Source: a virus (taxonomy: Duplodnaviria; Caudoviricetes). Taken from it: a DNA stretch of 32,393 nt. The notes beneath the pieces are model-generated. The model did not search any database and was not told the DNA's origin. It worked only from the letters and a program-made list of their open reading frames with translations. A program made the translations under genes and the position numbers. Positions 14,664 through 24,256 of the stretch are shown here, in pieces (within the stretch, counting starts at the first letter, position 1; every line of letters starts with the position of its first letter). The stretch lies in the IMG/VR virus record IMGVR_UViG_3300036713_000034, positions 1 through 32,393 of that record. One strand, written 5' to 3'.

Positions 14664-15185
14664 ATGGACTCTTGCAATACTTGCGGTGTTGAACTCACAG
14701 AGCAAAACTGGAACCCAAGCTGGAAAAAACAGGACCGACTACAGTGTAAAGACTGTAATAACCCTAATCGAAAAAAACACAACCCAAACAGAATGTGGGT
14801 AAACGGGAAATACATTTCAAAAAAGCACCCCTTGTTTAAACCCGGACGCTACAAGACGTTTGAGGATGCCGCCTTTAGCAGTCTGGCGAAGTACGAATTG
14901 AGCAAGGAGGGACAGGTGTACATCATCACTAACCCTAACTTCCCTGAGTGGGTCAAGGTGGGCATGGCTGTGGACTCAGAGGACAGGCTAAACGGTTATC
15001 AAACGTCTTCACCGTTCAGAGACTACGAGTTGTTCGCTTGTTGGTCAGTGTCGGACAGACGGTCTGCGGAGTCAGAAGCCCACAGTCTGCTAGAGAAAAC
15101 GTATGATCGTAAGGGTGAGTGGTTTAATTGCACACCAGATCAAGCTCAGTCGGCGTTATCTAACTTAATGGAGCAACACAAATGA
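14664..15185 (+). CDS. GIY-YIG-superfamily (T5orf172-like) protein with N-terminal zinc finger
   Basis: CNTC...CKDC; 'GQVYII.NP.FPEWVKVG.A...EDRL..YQTSSP', 'E..AH', 'GEWF'. Confidence 0.85.
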   Translation: MDSCNTCGVELTEQNWNPSWKKQDRLQCKDCNNPNRKKHNPNRMWVNGKYISKKHPLFKPGRYKTFEDAAFSSLAKYELSKEGQVYIITNPNFPEWVKVGMAVDSEDRLNGYQTSSPFRDYELFACWSVSDRRSAESEAHSLLEKTYDRKGEWFNCTPDQAQSALSNLMEQHK

Positions 15186-16045
15186 ACAAACTTTACTCAC
15201 TGGTAGACGACATCTACAACGTAGTGTCTACCAAAGAAGTACCAGAGGACGTTGATCTGTACGACGAGATTGACCGTTTTGGTGAGAACTGCAAACGTCT
15301 AATGACTAACCTGTTCACAGAGAAGCGTGACGGTCGCAAGCTACGAATGTCAAACATCGGGCGTGACGACCGTTACCTCTGGAACGTAGTGAACAACTCT
15401 GACGTAGAAGAAGAGATGACTCCTAACACCTACGTCAAGTTTATGTACGGGCATCTGATAGAAGAGATGCTCTTGTTTTTAACTAGACTATCAGGACACG
15501 AGGTGACCGATGAGCAGAAGAAGTGTGAGGTTCAGGGCATTACAGGCTCTATGGATTGTAAAATTGACGGTGTTGTCACAGATATTAAATCTGTCTCGTC
15601 TTTTGGGTTTAAGAAATTCAAGGACGGAAGTTTGGCTTATGATGACCCGTTTGGATACGTTGCTCAAATTAAAGGGTATGCCCATTCGGAAGGCGAAACC
15701 AAGTTTGGTTGGCTAGCGATGGACAAACAGAACGGACACCTGACGTACCTCATGTACGACTCTGAGGACACACAGGCTCCCGTTCACGAAAAGATTGGCT
15801 ACGACATAGAGGAGCACATCAAACGTGTAAAAAAGCTAGTGGAGCAACCGGAGCCGCCAGGATTTTGCCACGAAACCGTACCAGATGGCAAAAGTGGAAA
15901 CAGAAAGCTCGCAGTCGGTTGTTCTTACTGTCCCTACAAGTTTACCTGTTGGCCCGAAGTAAGAACCTTCATCTACTCAAGTGGTCCAAGATATTTAACA
16001 GAGGTGGTCAATGAGCCGAAGGTCACGGAAATCCAAGCTGGGTAA
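15182..16045 (+). CDS. PD-(D/E)xK Cas4-like exonuclease
   Basis: 'LRMSNIG', 'G.L.EE', 'GSMDCKIDG..TDIKS', 'GY..Q..GY', C-terminal 'CSYCPYK..C'. Confidence 0.85.
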   Translation: MNKLYSLVDDIYNVVSTKEVPEDVDLYDEIDRFGENCKRLMTNLFTEKRDGRKLRMSNIGRDDRYLWNVVNNSDVEEEMTPNTYVKFMYGHLIEEMLLFLTRLSGHEVTDEQKKCEVQGITGSMDCKIDGVVTDIKSVSSFGFKKFKDGSLAYDDPFGYVAQIKGYAHSEGETKFGWLAMDKQNGHLTYLMYDSEDTQAPVHEKIGYDIEEHIKRVKKLVEQPEPPGFCHETVPDGKSGNRKLAVGCSYCPYKFTCWPEVRTFIYSSGPRYLTEVVNEPKVTEIQAG

Positions 16046-16421
16046 CTTTAGGTCGGAGTTTGAGAGAGATGTCGCAACGCAGTTACAACCATTTGGCTTT
16101 AGCTACGAACCGTTCCAAGTCCCGTACAGGATTGAACGAAAGTACACACCAGACTTTGTATACGAACTCAACGGACGGACGTACCTCATTGAGTGCAAAG
16201 GATACTTTAGAGCAGGAGACACGCAGAAGTACAGAGCGATCTCTCAGTGTCTCCCAGAGACGCAAGAACTCATATTTGTACTGATGAAGCCTAATCAGAA
16301 AGTGAGTAAAAGTACCAAACTTACTATGGCAGAATGGTGTGACAAGCACGAGATTTTATGGTATAATATAGATACGCTAAAGGAGTTGGTTAGTTATGTC
16401 TCTGACACTAGAAGAAATTAA
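16011..16421 (+). CDS. endonuclease I / Holliday junction resolvase (T7 gp3-like)
   Basis: 'FRSEFE', 'YTPDF', 'IECKGYF', 'WCDKH'. Confidence 0.9.
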   Translation: MSRRSRKSKLGNFRSEFERDVATQLQPFGFSYEPFQVPYRIERKYTPDFVYELNGRTYLIECKGYFRAGDTQKYRAISQCLPETQELIFVLMKPNQKVSKSTKLTMAEWCDKHEILWYNIDTLKELVSYVSDTRRN

Positions 16422-16578
16422 GGAACGGCTGTTGAGGTTATATGATCCTGACGATCTTCTGGAAGCCTTGCAAATATCATCTGAAGAAATACTAGACAGA
16501 TTTGAGGACAAACTAATCAAAAAGATAGAGGCTTTTCACGAGGAACTAGAGGAAGAAGAGGGAGAGTATGCAGAATGA
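16396..16578 (+). CDS. acidic hypothetical protein (60 aa)
   Basis: AAGGAG SD; 'DPDDLLEALQISSEEILDRFED'. Confidence 0.75.
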   Translation: MSLTLEEIKERLLRLYDPDDLLEALQISSEEILDRFEDKLIKKIEAFHEELEEEEGEYAE

Positions 16579-17191
16579 GTGGACTACTTATTTGGATAAA
16601 CACGGTAACGTTATAAATCACGGCTTTTTAGATAAAGCTAAACCAGAGGAATGTCCGAAAATGCACTTTAAATTAACAGCCAAAGATCATCACGACGCTA
16701 CTCTTATGGGACAGGATACTGTCAGACTGTGTGAAATGCAGGGTATTGTCCCAAGGATGAAAGACAAAAAAGGCATGGACACGAGAACTAAAAATAATGT
16801 ACTTGCGTTCAAGGCAGAGTTTTTATTCGCTCGTTTGTTTAATCTACCACTGCCTGTTGTGAATGTCTTGTCTGACGGTGGAATAGACTTCTGGTTGGGC
16901 GAAACATCAGTAGACGTTAAATGTAGCTCGTATACGGACGGCCCGTTAATTTTTGACGATGAAAAATCTTTTGCCGCTGACTTTGCAGTACTATACGGGG
17001 CAACTGATGATCCTAAAGTTTTAAAGCTGAACGGCTGTATAGACAGAAACACTTTCTTTGAACAAGCCTACAAAAAAGACTTTGGTTACGGAGAAAGATT
17101 TGTAATGAGGGCTAATAGTCTAGACCCTATAGAAAAACTATGGAGAGTTTACGTTGAAAAAAACCTGATGGAGAACAACAATGAGTATTGA
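16568..17191 (+). CDS. putative PD-(D/E)xK nuclease-fold protein
   Basis: 'KAEFLFAR...DGGIDF...VDVKCS' catalytic-like E...D...DxK arrangement. Confidence 0.55.
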   Translation: MQNEWTTYLDKHGNVINHGFLDKAKPEECPKMHFKLTAKDHHDATLMGQDTVRLCEMQGIVPRMKDKKGMDTRTKNNVLAFKAEFLFARLFNLPLPVVNVLSDGGIDFWLGETSVDVKCSSYTDGPLIFDDEKSFAADFAVLYGATDDPKVLKLNGCIDRNTFFEQAYKKDFGYGERFVMRANSLDPIEKLWRVYVEKNLMENNNEY

Positions 17192-17477
17192 CGGCGCTAC
17201 GCCAGAAGATTGGGACAGAGTGTCTAAGACATCTATAGGTAAACTGTATCACCCAAGCGACAACCACAACCCCGTGACACAACCCGATCACTACAACAAG
17301 GGAGCGATAGAGGCCATTGAAGCGATCAAGGCGTCCATGCACCCGCAGGAGTACAAAGGGTATCTCAAGGGTAATTGCCTGAAGTACCTCTGGCGTTACG
17401 AGTACAAGAACGGTGTAGAGGACTTGCGGAAAGCTAAGGTCTACCTAGAGTGGTTGATCAAGGAGGTAGGACCGTGA
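17181..17477 (+). CDS. DUF3310 / T7 gp1.7-like nucleotide kinase
   Basis: 'V..P.HY..G.IEAIEAI...GYLKGN.LKYLWR...KNGVEDL.KA..YL'. Confidence 0.85.
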   Translation: MSIDGATPEDWDRVSKTSIGKLYHPSDNHNPVTQPDHYNKGAIEAIEAIKASMHPQEYKGYLKGNCLKYLWRYEYKNGVEDLRKAKVYLEWLIKEVGP

Positions 17478-17734
17478 AAGTAGTAGAAGGCAAGTTCGGT
17501 AACAAAGATGAAGACAAGAAGGAGATCACCACATCAGAGTTTCTATCAGCGTTTGTAGTCAAAGCACTGCAACACGAGGAGGAGGGACGAAAGGTAAAGG
17601 TGGCTGTTGTGATGTACGAAGACGGCGAGATGTTTGAAGTAGCGTCCAACGAGCAGTATCCTGATGGGGTGTACATGCTTCTGCAAATGGCGGCACAGGC
17701 AATCATTAACGAAACACTAGGAGTAACAGAATGA
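17474..17734 (+). CDS. hypothetical protein
   Basis: GTG start with GGAGGT SD; GTGA overlap with the upstream stop. Confidence 0.7.
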   Translation: MKVVEGKFGNKDEDKKEITTSEFLSAFVVKALQHEEEGRKVKVAVVMYEDGEMFEVASNEQYPDGVYMLLQMAAQAIINETLGVTE

Positions 17735-17868
17735 GAATAAGCGATGTAAACATACGTAATGCCACCAACGGATTCATACTTGAGTGGTATGATGACGAAA
17801 GCAAGATTATGATTTACGACACGATGGACGCACTGATTGCCGCAATTAGAGAACTACTGGAGGACTGA
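17731..17868 (+). CDS. hypothetical protein, 45 aa (MRISDVNIRNATNGFILEW...)
   Basis: Hand-translated; AGGAG SD; ATGA and TGATG couplings on both sides. Confidence 0.7.
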   Translation: MRISDVNIRNATNGFILEWYDDESKIMIYDTMDALIAAIRELLED

Positions 17869-19733
17869 TGGACGCATATCAACAGTACATACACAAGAGT
17901 CGCTACGCTAGGTATTTGCCAGAGGAGAAGCGCAGGGAGACTTGGGAAGAAACAGTCAGCCGGTACTTAAACTTTTGGGGCGACAAACTCCCAGAGACTT
18001 CACGTAAGGAAGTGTACGAGGCTATCCACAACCTAGACGTAATGCCTTCCATGCGAGCACTGATGACCGCAGGGGAAGCACTGGAGCGTGACAACGTAGC
18101 AGGATTTAACTGTAGCTACCTACCGATAGATCACCCCAAGGCGTTTGACGAACTGATGTACATTCTGCTGTGCGGAACAGGTGTAGGCTTCAGTGTGGAA
18201 CGACAGTACGTGCAGAAATTACCAGAGGTAGCGGAGACATTCCATGAAACCGATACAGTTATTAATGTGGCAGATTCGAAGATCGGATGGGCGAAATCGT
18301 TTAGGGAGTTGGTATCACTGCTGTATTCAGGTCAGATTCCCCAATGGGACACAAGCAGAGTTAGACCTTCAGGTGCCCCGCTTAAAGTTTTTGGAGGTAG
18401 AGCAAGTGGTCCAGAACCTCTGCTCGAACTGTTCAGATTCACAGTTGAACTCTTTCAGGGAGCTTCTGGCAGAAAACTTAGCTCCGTTGAGTGCCACGAT
18501 CTTTGCTGTAAGATTGCTCAAATCGTCGTTGTCGGAGGAGTCAGACGATCAGCCCTCATCAGTCTCAGCAACCTCACAGACGACAGACTCCGACGTTGTA
18601 AACACGGACAGTGGTGGGTAGATAATCCCCAGCGTGGGCTGGCGAACAACTCTGCTTGCTACACAGAGAAACCAGACTTTGAGGCATTTCTAAATGAGTG
18701 GACCAGCCTATATGAATCCAGATCAGGAGAGCGAGGAGTATTTAGTAGAGTCGCAAGTCAGAAACAGGCTTCAAGAAATGAACGAAGAGATGCTACCTTT
18801 GATTTCGGAACTAATCCGTGTAGCGAAATCATCCTCCGACCCTACCAATTCTGCAACCTTTCAGAAGTTGTTGTTAGGCCACAGGATACACTCAACAGCC
18901 TCAAACGAAAGGTTCGGATTGCGACTATCCTTGGGACTCTTCAGGCTACCCTCACCGACTTCCGATACCTCAGAAATATTTGGAGAGTAAACACGGAAGA
19001 AGAAGCACTGCTGGGTGTATCTCTGACAGGTATCATGGATCACCCGTTGCTCTCAGGACGAGGAGATAAGAATGAACTCAAGAAGTGGCTCAGAGCCATG
19101 CGTCAGGAAGCAATCAAGGTCAACAAGGAGTGGGCTAGTAAGTTGGGTATCAATGTATCTACCGCTATCACTGCAGTTAAGCCTTCAGGCACTGTTAGTC
19201 AGTTGGTTGATTCTGCTAGTGGGATTCATCCTCGTTATTCTGCTCAGTACATACGCAGAGTTAGGGCAGACGCTCGTGACCCACTTTGCGCCGTCCTAGA
19301 GGCCGCTGGTGTCCCTGTGGAGGACGATGTGATGTCCCCCAGTACTAGGGTATTCAGCTTCCCTATCGCCTCTCCAGAGGGCGCTGTGACAGCCTCAGAC
19401 ATGGGTGCTATGGAGCAGTTGGAACTGTGGGAGATATATCAGGATGAGTGGTGTGAACACAAGCCGTCCATGACTTGCTACTACCGTGACGAGGAGTTTC
19501 TTGAGGTGGGACAGTGGCTGTACAACAAGTTTGACAAGGTAAGTGGCATATCTTTCTTACCGTACTCAGACCACACGTACCAACAGGCCCCGTATGAGCC
19601 GGTGGACAAGAAGACTTTCAATCAGTTGAAGAAGGACTTTCCTACAGAGATTGATTGGGACATCAACGAGGAATCCGATATGACTGAGGGTAGTCAACAG
19701 TTGGCCTGTACCGGCAACAACTGTGAACTCTAA
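17868..19733 (+). CDS. nrdJ: class II adenosylcobalamin-dependent ribonucleotide reductase
   Basis: 'FNCSY', 'GTGVGFS', 'VVVGGVRRSA', thiyl 'TNPCSEI', 'QFCNLSE', 'VKPSGTVS', C-terminal 'CTGNNCEL'; no R2 subunit gene nearby. Confidence 0.92.
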   Translation: MDAYQQYIHKSRYARYLPEEKRRETWEETVSRYLNFWGDKLPETSRKEVYEAIHNLDVMPSMRALMTAGEALERDNVAGFNCSYLPIDHPKAFDELMYILLCGTGVGFSVERQYVQKLPEVAETFHETDTVINVADSKIGWAKSFRELVSLLYSGQIPQWDTSRVRPSGAPLKVFGGRASGPEPLLELFRFTVELFQGASGRKLSSVECHDLCCKIAQIVVVGGVRRSALISLSNLTDDRLRRCKHGQWWVDNPQRGLANNSACYTEKPDFEAFLNEWTSLYESRSGERGVFSRVASQKQASRNERRDATFDFGTNPCSEIILRPYQFCNLSEVVVRPQDTLNSLKRKVRIATILGTLQATLTDFRYLRNIWRVNTEEEALLGVSLTGIMDHPLLSGRGDKNELKKWLRAMRQEAIKVNKEWASKLGINVSTAITAVKPSGTVSQLVDSASGIHPRYSAQYIRRVRADARDPLCAVLEAAGVPVEDDVMSPSTRVFSFPIASPEGAVTASDMGAMEQLELWEIYQDEWCEHKPSMTCYYRDEEFLEVGQWLYNKFDKVSGISFLPYSDHTYQQAPYEPVDKKTFNQLKKDFPTEIDWDINEESDMTEGSQQLACTGNNCEL

Positions 19734-20976
19734 GTTACTCCGGTACGCTCTAGTTGGGTTGCTCTTAGGAGCGCCCAACGCCTCTTCTGACACCCTGATA
19801 AGGTCTGGATGTTCTAAGGACTATCCTGGTGTCCAGTGGTCTATCTACGAGGACACAGGCGGTAACAGGTACGTAACCAAGGACCCAAGGTCACGTAAGT
19901 GTGGGTTCTCCCGTAAACTCAATCTGTCTCTGGTCAAGGAAGCTGGAGACAGGTTTGACCCTGTGGTTATCTCTGTGGACTACAGAGACATGCTAGGCCG
20001 TGAGGAAGGCTGGGGCATGGTACACCACAGCACAACCAGAGGTACAGCCAAGAGGGTCGGATGCTGTACTGTGGAGGTGTACGGGGACGGGTCTACGGGT
20101 GACGGTGTGTTTACTCTGGGTGTTGAGCAGATACAGTTTAGGCTTGAGCCAGAACCTGTGTGTCCTACTGAGAGTAACCTAGACTGTCAGGGGTACGAAC
20201 AGAGGGGGTCTTATCCGTTTATCTACTACGGTGAAGACGATGACCGTTTGGTTACGTGGGAGTTAGGTGTGCTTATGTACGCCTCTCACGCTAAGTACGG
20301 AATAGACACACCGATAGAGTTGATGTACGAGTACCCAGAGATGTGGGACCAGTGGGAGGACAGGGTTCAGAAGTACAACGAGGTGTACGAGAAGTCCGGT
20401 GTACACGTTAGGTACGAGCTAAAGGAACTGTGGTTAGCTCACTACCACACGTTGCACGACGTAGAGAAACAGGCTAATCAACTCCCTGTGGACGTTGTGC
20501 TGGCCTACGGTACGTCTTACGCAGATACCTGTGGTGTGGCTTACCCTAACCTGAGTTTCAACGAGGGACAGCCACCGTCGTCCATGTCTCAGTGTGACGT
20601 ATACACTGACCTACACGAGATAGGACACTCAGTGGGTTTAGCACACGGACCAGAGAACCAGAGTAACCAGAAGTCAGGCTACATATTCCCTGAGTTTGGA
20701 CACGGGTGGAACGATGTGTGTGGTAAGTACGACGACTTGATGTCATACGGTATCCACGGGGTGTTCCACAGTAACTCTCTGTTGGTGTGTAACGAGGTGG
20801 TCAACACGTCTGAGACAGCATCAGCAGGACACAGGCAGATCACTGACACTGCTTACGCTATCAACAGGGTTAGGTACAACGTGTCGCTAGTGAACGACGA
20901 GAGTTTTGACAGGAGGGGAGTCTTGAGGCCCGTGGCTACACAGGCCCGTAGACTGAGGGAGATGATCGTGGATTAA
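19723..20976 (+). CDS. secreted metzincin (reprolysin-like) zinc metalloprotease
   Basis: Signal-peptide-like N-terminus; HEIGHSVGLAH (HExxHxxGxxH); Met-turn 'DLMSY'; 'CGVAY'. Confidence 0.8.
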   Translation: MNSKLLRYALVGLLLGAPNASSDTLIRSGCSKDYPGVQWSIYEDTGGNRYVTKDPRSRKCGFSRKLNLSLVKEAGDRFDPVVISVDYRDMLGREEGWGMVHHSTTRGTAKRVGCCTVEVYGDGSTGDGVFTLGVEQIQFRLEPEPVCPTESNLDCQGYEQRGSYPFIYYGEDDDRLVTWELGVLMYASHAKYGIDTPIELMYEYPEMWDQWEDRVQKYNEVYEKSGVHVRYELKELWLAHYHTLHDVEKQANQLPVDVVLAYGTSYADTCGVAYPNLSFNEGQPPSSMSQCDVYTDLHEIGHSVGLAHGPENQSNQKSGYIFPEFGHGWNDVCGKYDDLMSYGIHGVFHSNSLLVCNEVVNTSETASAGHRQITDTAYAINRVRYNVSLVNDESFDRRGVLRPVATQARRLREMIVD

Positions 20977-21167
20977 CTGAAGAATAGGATAGAGTAACCT
21001 CTGTCTTGCTTGGCTACGTCCTCTGGCTTGTCTTTCGGGTCATGGGGCGTAGTCATTCCCATCTGTTGCATCTTACGAATTTTTTCCTTTGACTTCTGGC
21101 ACATACTGTGGTAGTCGTGGGATGTGTAAGAGACACTGTGCTTATCGTTGTTGTTCTTCGTTTTCAT
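20973..21167 (-). CDS. hypothetical protein, last gene of the late arm
   Basis: AGGAG SD; stop overlaps the stop of the converging protease gene. Confidence 0.65.
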   Translation of the reverse strand: MKTKNNNDKHSVSYTSHDYHSMCQKSKEKIRKMQQMGMTTPHDPKDKPEDVAKQDRGYSILFFS

Positions 21168-21318
21168 TTATAGATGCTCCTGTTAACATTCCAACTCTAC
21201 CTACGTTTTTACCAACAGTCATGTAGTCCTTAAGATTAGCAGTTCTTTTGTAAACTCTCGTCACGATACTGTGCTTCTGTTTTTCTAGAGGCCTCTCTGT
21301 ACTGCCTTCGTAGATCAT
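21142..21318 (-). CDS. 58-aa ORF, possibly a gene remnant
   Basis: Hand-translated MIYEGSTERP...GMLTGASINENEEQQR; weak SD. Confidence 0.3.
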   Translation of the reverse strand: MIYEGSTERPLEKQKHSIVTRVYKRTANLKDYMTVGKNVGRVGMLTGASINENEEQQR

Positions 21319-21329
21319 AGAAGTTTTCT

Positions 21330-22922
21330 TTACTCATCTTCTTCAGACCCTTGCTCTTGTTGCATCAAGTCTAGTAGAACTAAACGATCTGCTTTTAATT
21401 GAAACAGTATATTTGGATCGTCTGACTTTTTAATTAATGTGTTTATTGCTTTTAACGTTTCTGCGTACATTTTTGCCCTATTTTTCTTTGACAACAGTTT
21501 TACAGCGCCGTATAAACTAGCGCCGGTTGTTCCTGCCGCAACTGCTGGGCCTAGTCCACCGATGGCACCAGCCACAGCAGTACCAGTAAAATATAAAGAT
21601 CCTAGAGTTGACGGAAGAAGAGCGGCATCTTTCAATCTCTGCCACATTCGCTTCAAAGCGTTGTCTAACTCTCTGTTTCTCTTGTTTACCATTCTATCCA
21701 AAGCTAGGTAACCGTTGTGTTGCTGGTTAAGCAGATGGTGAGCCTCGTCTCCCGGAGTTATTTCTTTTAGTTTTTCGTTCAAAACTTCACGAACAACTCT
21801 AGCCGCTTTAGCCCTACCTGTAGCAGACGCAGGGTCTAAAACATCTGTATAGGCGTCACTTAACAAACTGTCAAACTCTTTTCTAGCTTTTAACAAACCC
21901 ATAGCATCAGTGCCATACCTTTGAACTAAAGACAAAGCATCGTTTGCTAGCTCTAAAACTATTTTTTGTGAATCAGGAGTTATTCCACGAAAACCGGCAG
22001 ATTCTTTGAAAGCGGCTAGAGCCTCTGACATCTCAGCAACTAAATCATTAGCATCTACTTTTGGATTTCCTGCGGCTTTAATAAACCTTTCAAGCTCTTC
22101 TGCCTGATTACCAATGTGATTTAACACAACGTTCATGTTATAAGTGTAAGACCTATTTGGGTCTACATTAGGTATAGTCTCTAAAACACCTATAATCTCT
22201 GAACTTTTTTCATCAGGAATCCAACGCTGGGTTCTTAATATGCCACCCTCCTCAACGACATCAGTTGCGCCAAAGGACTCAGGTTTGATTAACACCTGTA
22301 TCCCGTCCCGTCTCTGTTGTATGTTAATTTTGCTAGATTTTGCTCTAGCCCTCCGTTCCGCGACATCAATGTTTAAATCAGGTCTGGGACTAAACAACAC
22401 AGATAAATCTATAGTATTATCTATTAATGCTTCTCTACCGGGGTTTTGTGTTTTCCATTCGTTGTACTTACCGTACCCCATTTCTATAAAACTAACAGCC
22501 TCTTTAAACCAATCAGTATTCTTTATTTTATTGTATGCTTCTTCAGCGCCTTTGCGAACAGAGTTTGGTATAGAACTAATGGCGTAATCTGTCAGTATGT
22601 CACCAGCAGTTAGAGCACCAGTAGCCACACCACTCGTAACTTCAGCGGCAAAAGGAAACATTGGACTTTCTAAAGGATCTAGCGCTTCAACACGTTTAGC
22701 GTACTCCTGTCTGCCTTCTTCAATCTTCTGAGGCACACGCTCCATAAACCCTTCCATACGAGTTACGTACTCTTCAGTAGGGTGGGATAAACGAGTCCAC
22801 TTACCGTTTATAAAACCCACACGCTCTCCAGTATTAGGGTTTGTAGCAGTCTCAAGCGGAACCCAAGAGTCTCCGTTCCAGTATACCTTTTCTCCCGTTT
22901 CTGGGTTAGTAGCTGTTTGCAT
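21330..22922 (-). CDS. internal virion / ejection protein
   Basis: Position after the tail tube genes; helical; duplicated N-terminal TATNPxTGExV motif; Gly/Ala hydrophobic segment near the C-terminus. Confidence 0.65.
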   Translation of the reverse strand: MQTATNPETGEKVYWNGDSWVPLETATNPNTGERVGFINGKWTRLSHPTEEYVTRMEGFMERVPQKIEEGRQEYAKRVEALDPLESPMFPFAAEVTSGVATGALTAGDILTDYAISSIPNSVRKGAEEAYNKIKNTDWFKEAVSFIEMGYGKYNEWKTQNPGREALIDNTIDLSVLFSPRPDLNIDVAERRARAKSSKINIQQRRDGIQVLIKPESFGATDVVEEGGILRTQRWIPDEKSSEIIGVLETIPNVDPNRSYTYNMNVVLNHIGNQAEELERFIKAAGNPKVDANDLVAEMSEALAAFKESAGFRGITPDSQKIVLELANDALSLVQRYGTDAMGLLKARKEFDSLLSDAYTDVLDPASATGRAKAARVVREVLNEKLKEITPGDEAHHLLNQQHNGYLALDRMVNKRNRELDNALKRMWQRLKDAALLPSTLGSLYFTGTAVAGAIGGLGPAVAAGTTGASLYGAVKLLSKKNRAKMYAETLKAINTLIKKSDDPNILFQLKADRLVLLDLMQQEQGSEEDE

Positions 22923-22923
22923 C

Positions 22924-24234
22924 TTATTGGTCCCTTACAAAACCGGATGGAGGATTGGCAACAGTGTCAACATCTTGCGTTGTTGGCGGTGTTCTCTTTG
23001 TTCTAGAAGGCAACACAAAACCGTAAGCTCCGGGCGCTACCCCCATTTCTTTTACTGTCCTGTTGTACAAGTCAACTTTATTTTCTCCTGCTTTTTTAAG
23101 AATTTTCAAGATTCTTTGCAGAGAAGCCGCAGTCATCTCAATGTCTCCAGCGGCGGCTTTGTTTGCAAACTCACGGTCAGCATCGGACAAGCCTGTGCCA
23201 GCACCAAAGTTTTTGATAATCTCAGCAACACGAGGAGCCGCCAGTGCAATGTATGCTTCTGTGTTTTGCAAAGCAGGGTCTGAAGCATCAATACCTAAAA
23301 ACTCAGACAACTCACTTCTAATTCGTCTAACGAATAACTCAGGCTGTGCTGTTGCTCCTGTTATCATTTCATCAGTCAACGGTAAAACTTCTTCAATGTT
23401 GTTTAAAGTCGCTATTGTTTGAGACGTTGACTCGTGGAGTTCTTGGAAGTGCTTTACTCCAGCTTCTGCTAATTTTTCGCTTCTATAGTTAGCTATGTTT
23501 TCTACTTGCTGTCTATTAGGCGCTCTGCGTAAACCTATCTCACTGGCTCTCTTGAATACCCCATCAGCAGGATCTCTTACTTTAGCGTCTTTTTTGTTTA
23601 CTTCAAGTAAAGTTTCAGTTCCGTCAGGAAGTATAAAAGACTTTAGTTCTGCCTCTTGACCTTCTATAATTTTAAGGAAAGCCTCATCAGTCAGGTCAGA
23701 CATATAAGGCTCATAAGTAATTCCGTATCTCTGAGCAAGCGCTCTTCTTCCGGGAACTCCACGCTGAGAGATAACTTGTTTTATCTCCTGTTCACGTAGG
23801 TCTTTTTGTATTGCCCTAAGCGATTCAGGGTCTGTCGTATTTGATGCTCTTTCTGCAATATCAGGCAAGCCTAGTTTTGTAGCCGAACTTGCGATTGACT
23901 CTTGCAGAGCTGTCAACGATTGCTCCTTAGCTGTTGTAGCTTGTGCTTCTGTCAAACGCTTTGCCTCATCCATCAGCAACTGACCCATTCGTTGCATATT
24001 TTCATCAGGATTCATTAATGCGTCTTGTGCCGCACGTACCATCCCAGCAGGGTTGTTCTGGTAAGCCCCAATAATCTGCTGGAACTGCTCTTGAGCACTC
24101 TGCGCCTTTCGTTTTTCAGCGCGACGCGTAAGCATACCAGCAATCCCTGTGCCTACGCCAGAGATTCCACCGCCAATAGACTGTCCGATGTTTTGCCCTG
24201 CTGAAGCTAACATTCCACCTACGTTATAAGCCAT
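22924..24234 (-). CDS. internal virion / ejection protein
   Basis: Gly-rich amphipathic N-terminus, coiled-coil, 'GTGLSDADREF' motif. Confidence 0.65.
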   Translation of the reverse strand: MAYNVGGMLASAGQNIGQSIGGGISGVGTGIAGMLTRRAEKRKAQSAQEQFQQIIGAYQNNPAGMVRAAQDALMNPDENMQRMGQLLMDEAKRLTEAQATTAKEQSLTALQESIASSATKLGLPDIAERASNTTDPESLRAIQKDLREQEIKQVISQRGVPGRRALAQRYGITYEPYMSDLTDEAFLKIIEGQEAELKSFILPDGTETLLEVNKKDAKVRDPADGVFKRASEIGLRRAPNRQQVENIANYRSEKLAEAGVKHFQELHESTSQTIATLNNIEEVLPLTDEMITGATAQPELFVRRIRSELSEFLGIDASDPALQNTEAYIALAAPRVAEIIKNFGAGTGLSDADREFANKAAAGDIEMTAASLQRILKILKKAGENKVDLYNRTVKEMGVAPGAYGFVLPSRTKRTPPTTQDVDTVANPPSGFVRDQ

Positions 24235-24256
24235 TATATTATCCTCTGTCCTTTAA

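Noticed and set aside
17868-19733. Intein or intron in nrdJ (also checked terL, helicase and polymerase)
   Set aside because: Protein lengths are compact, motifs are contiguous, and no intein-like insertion is evident
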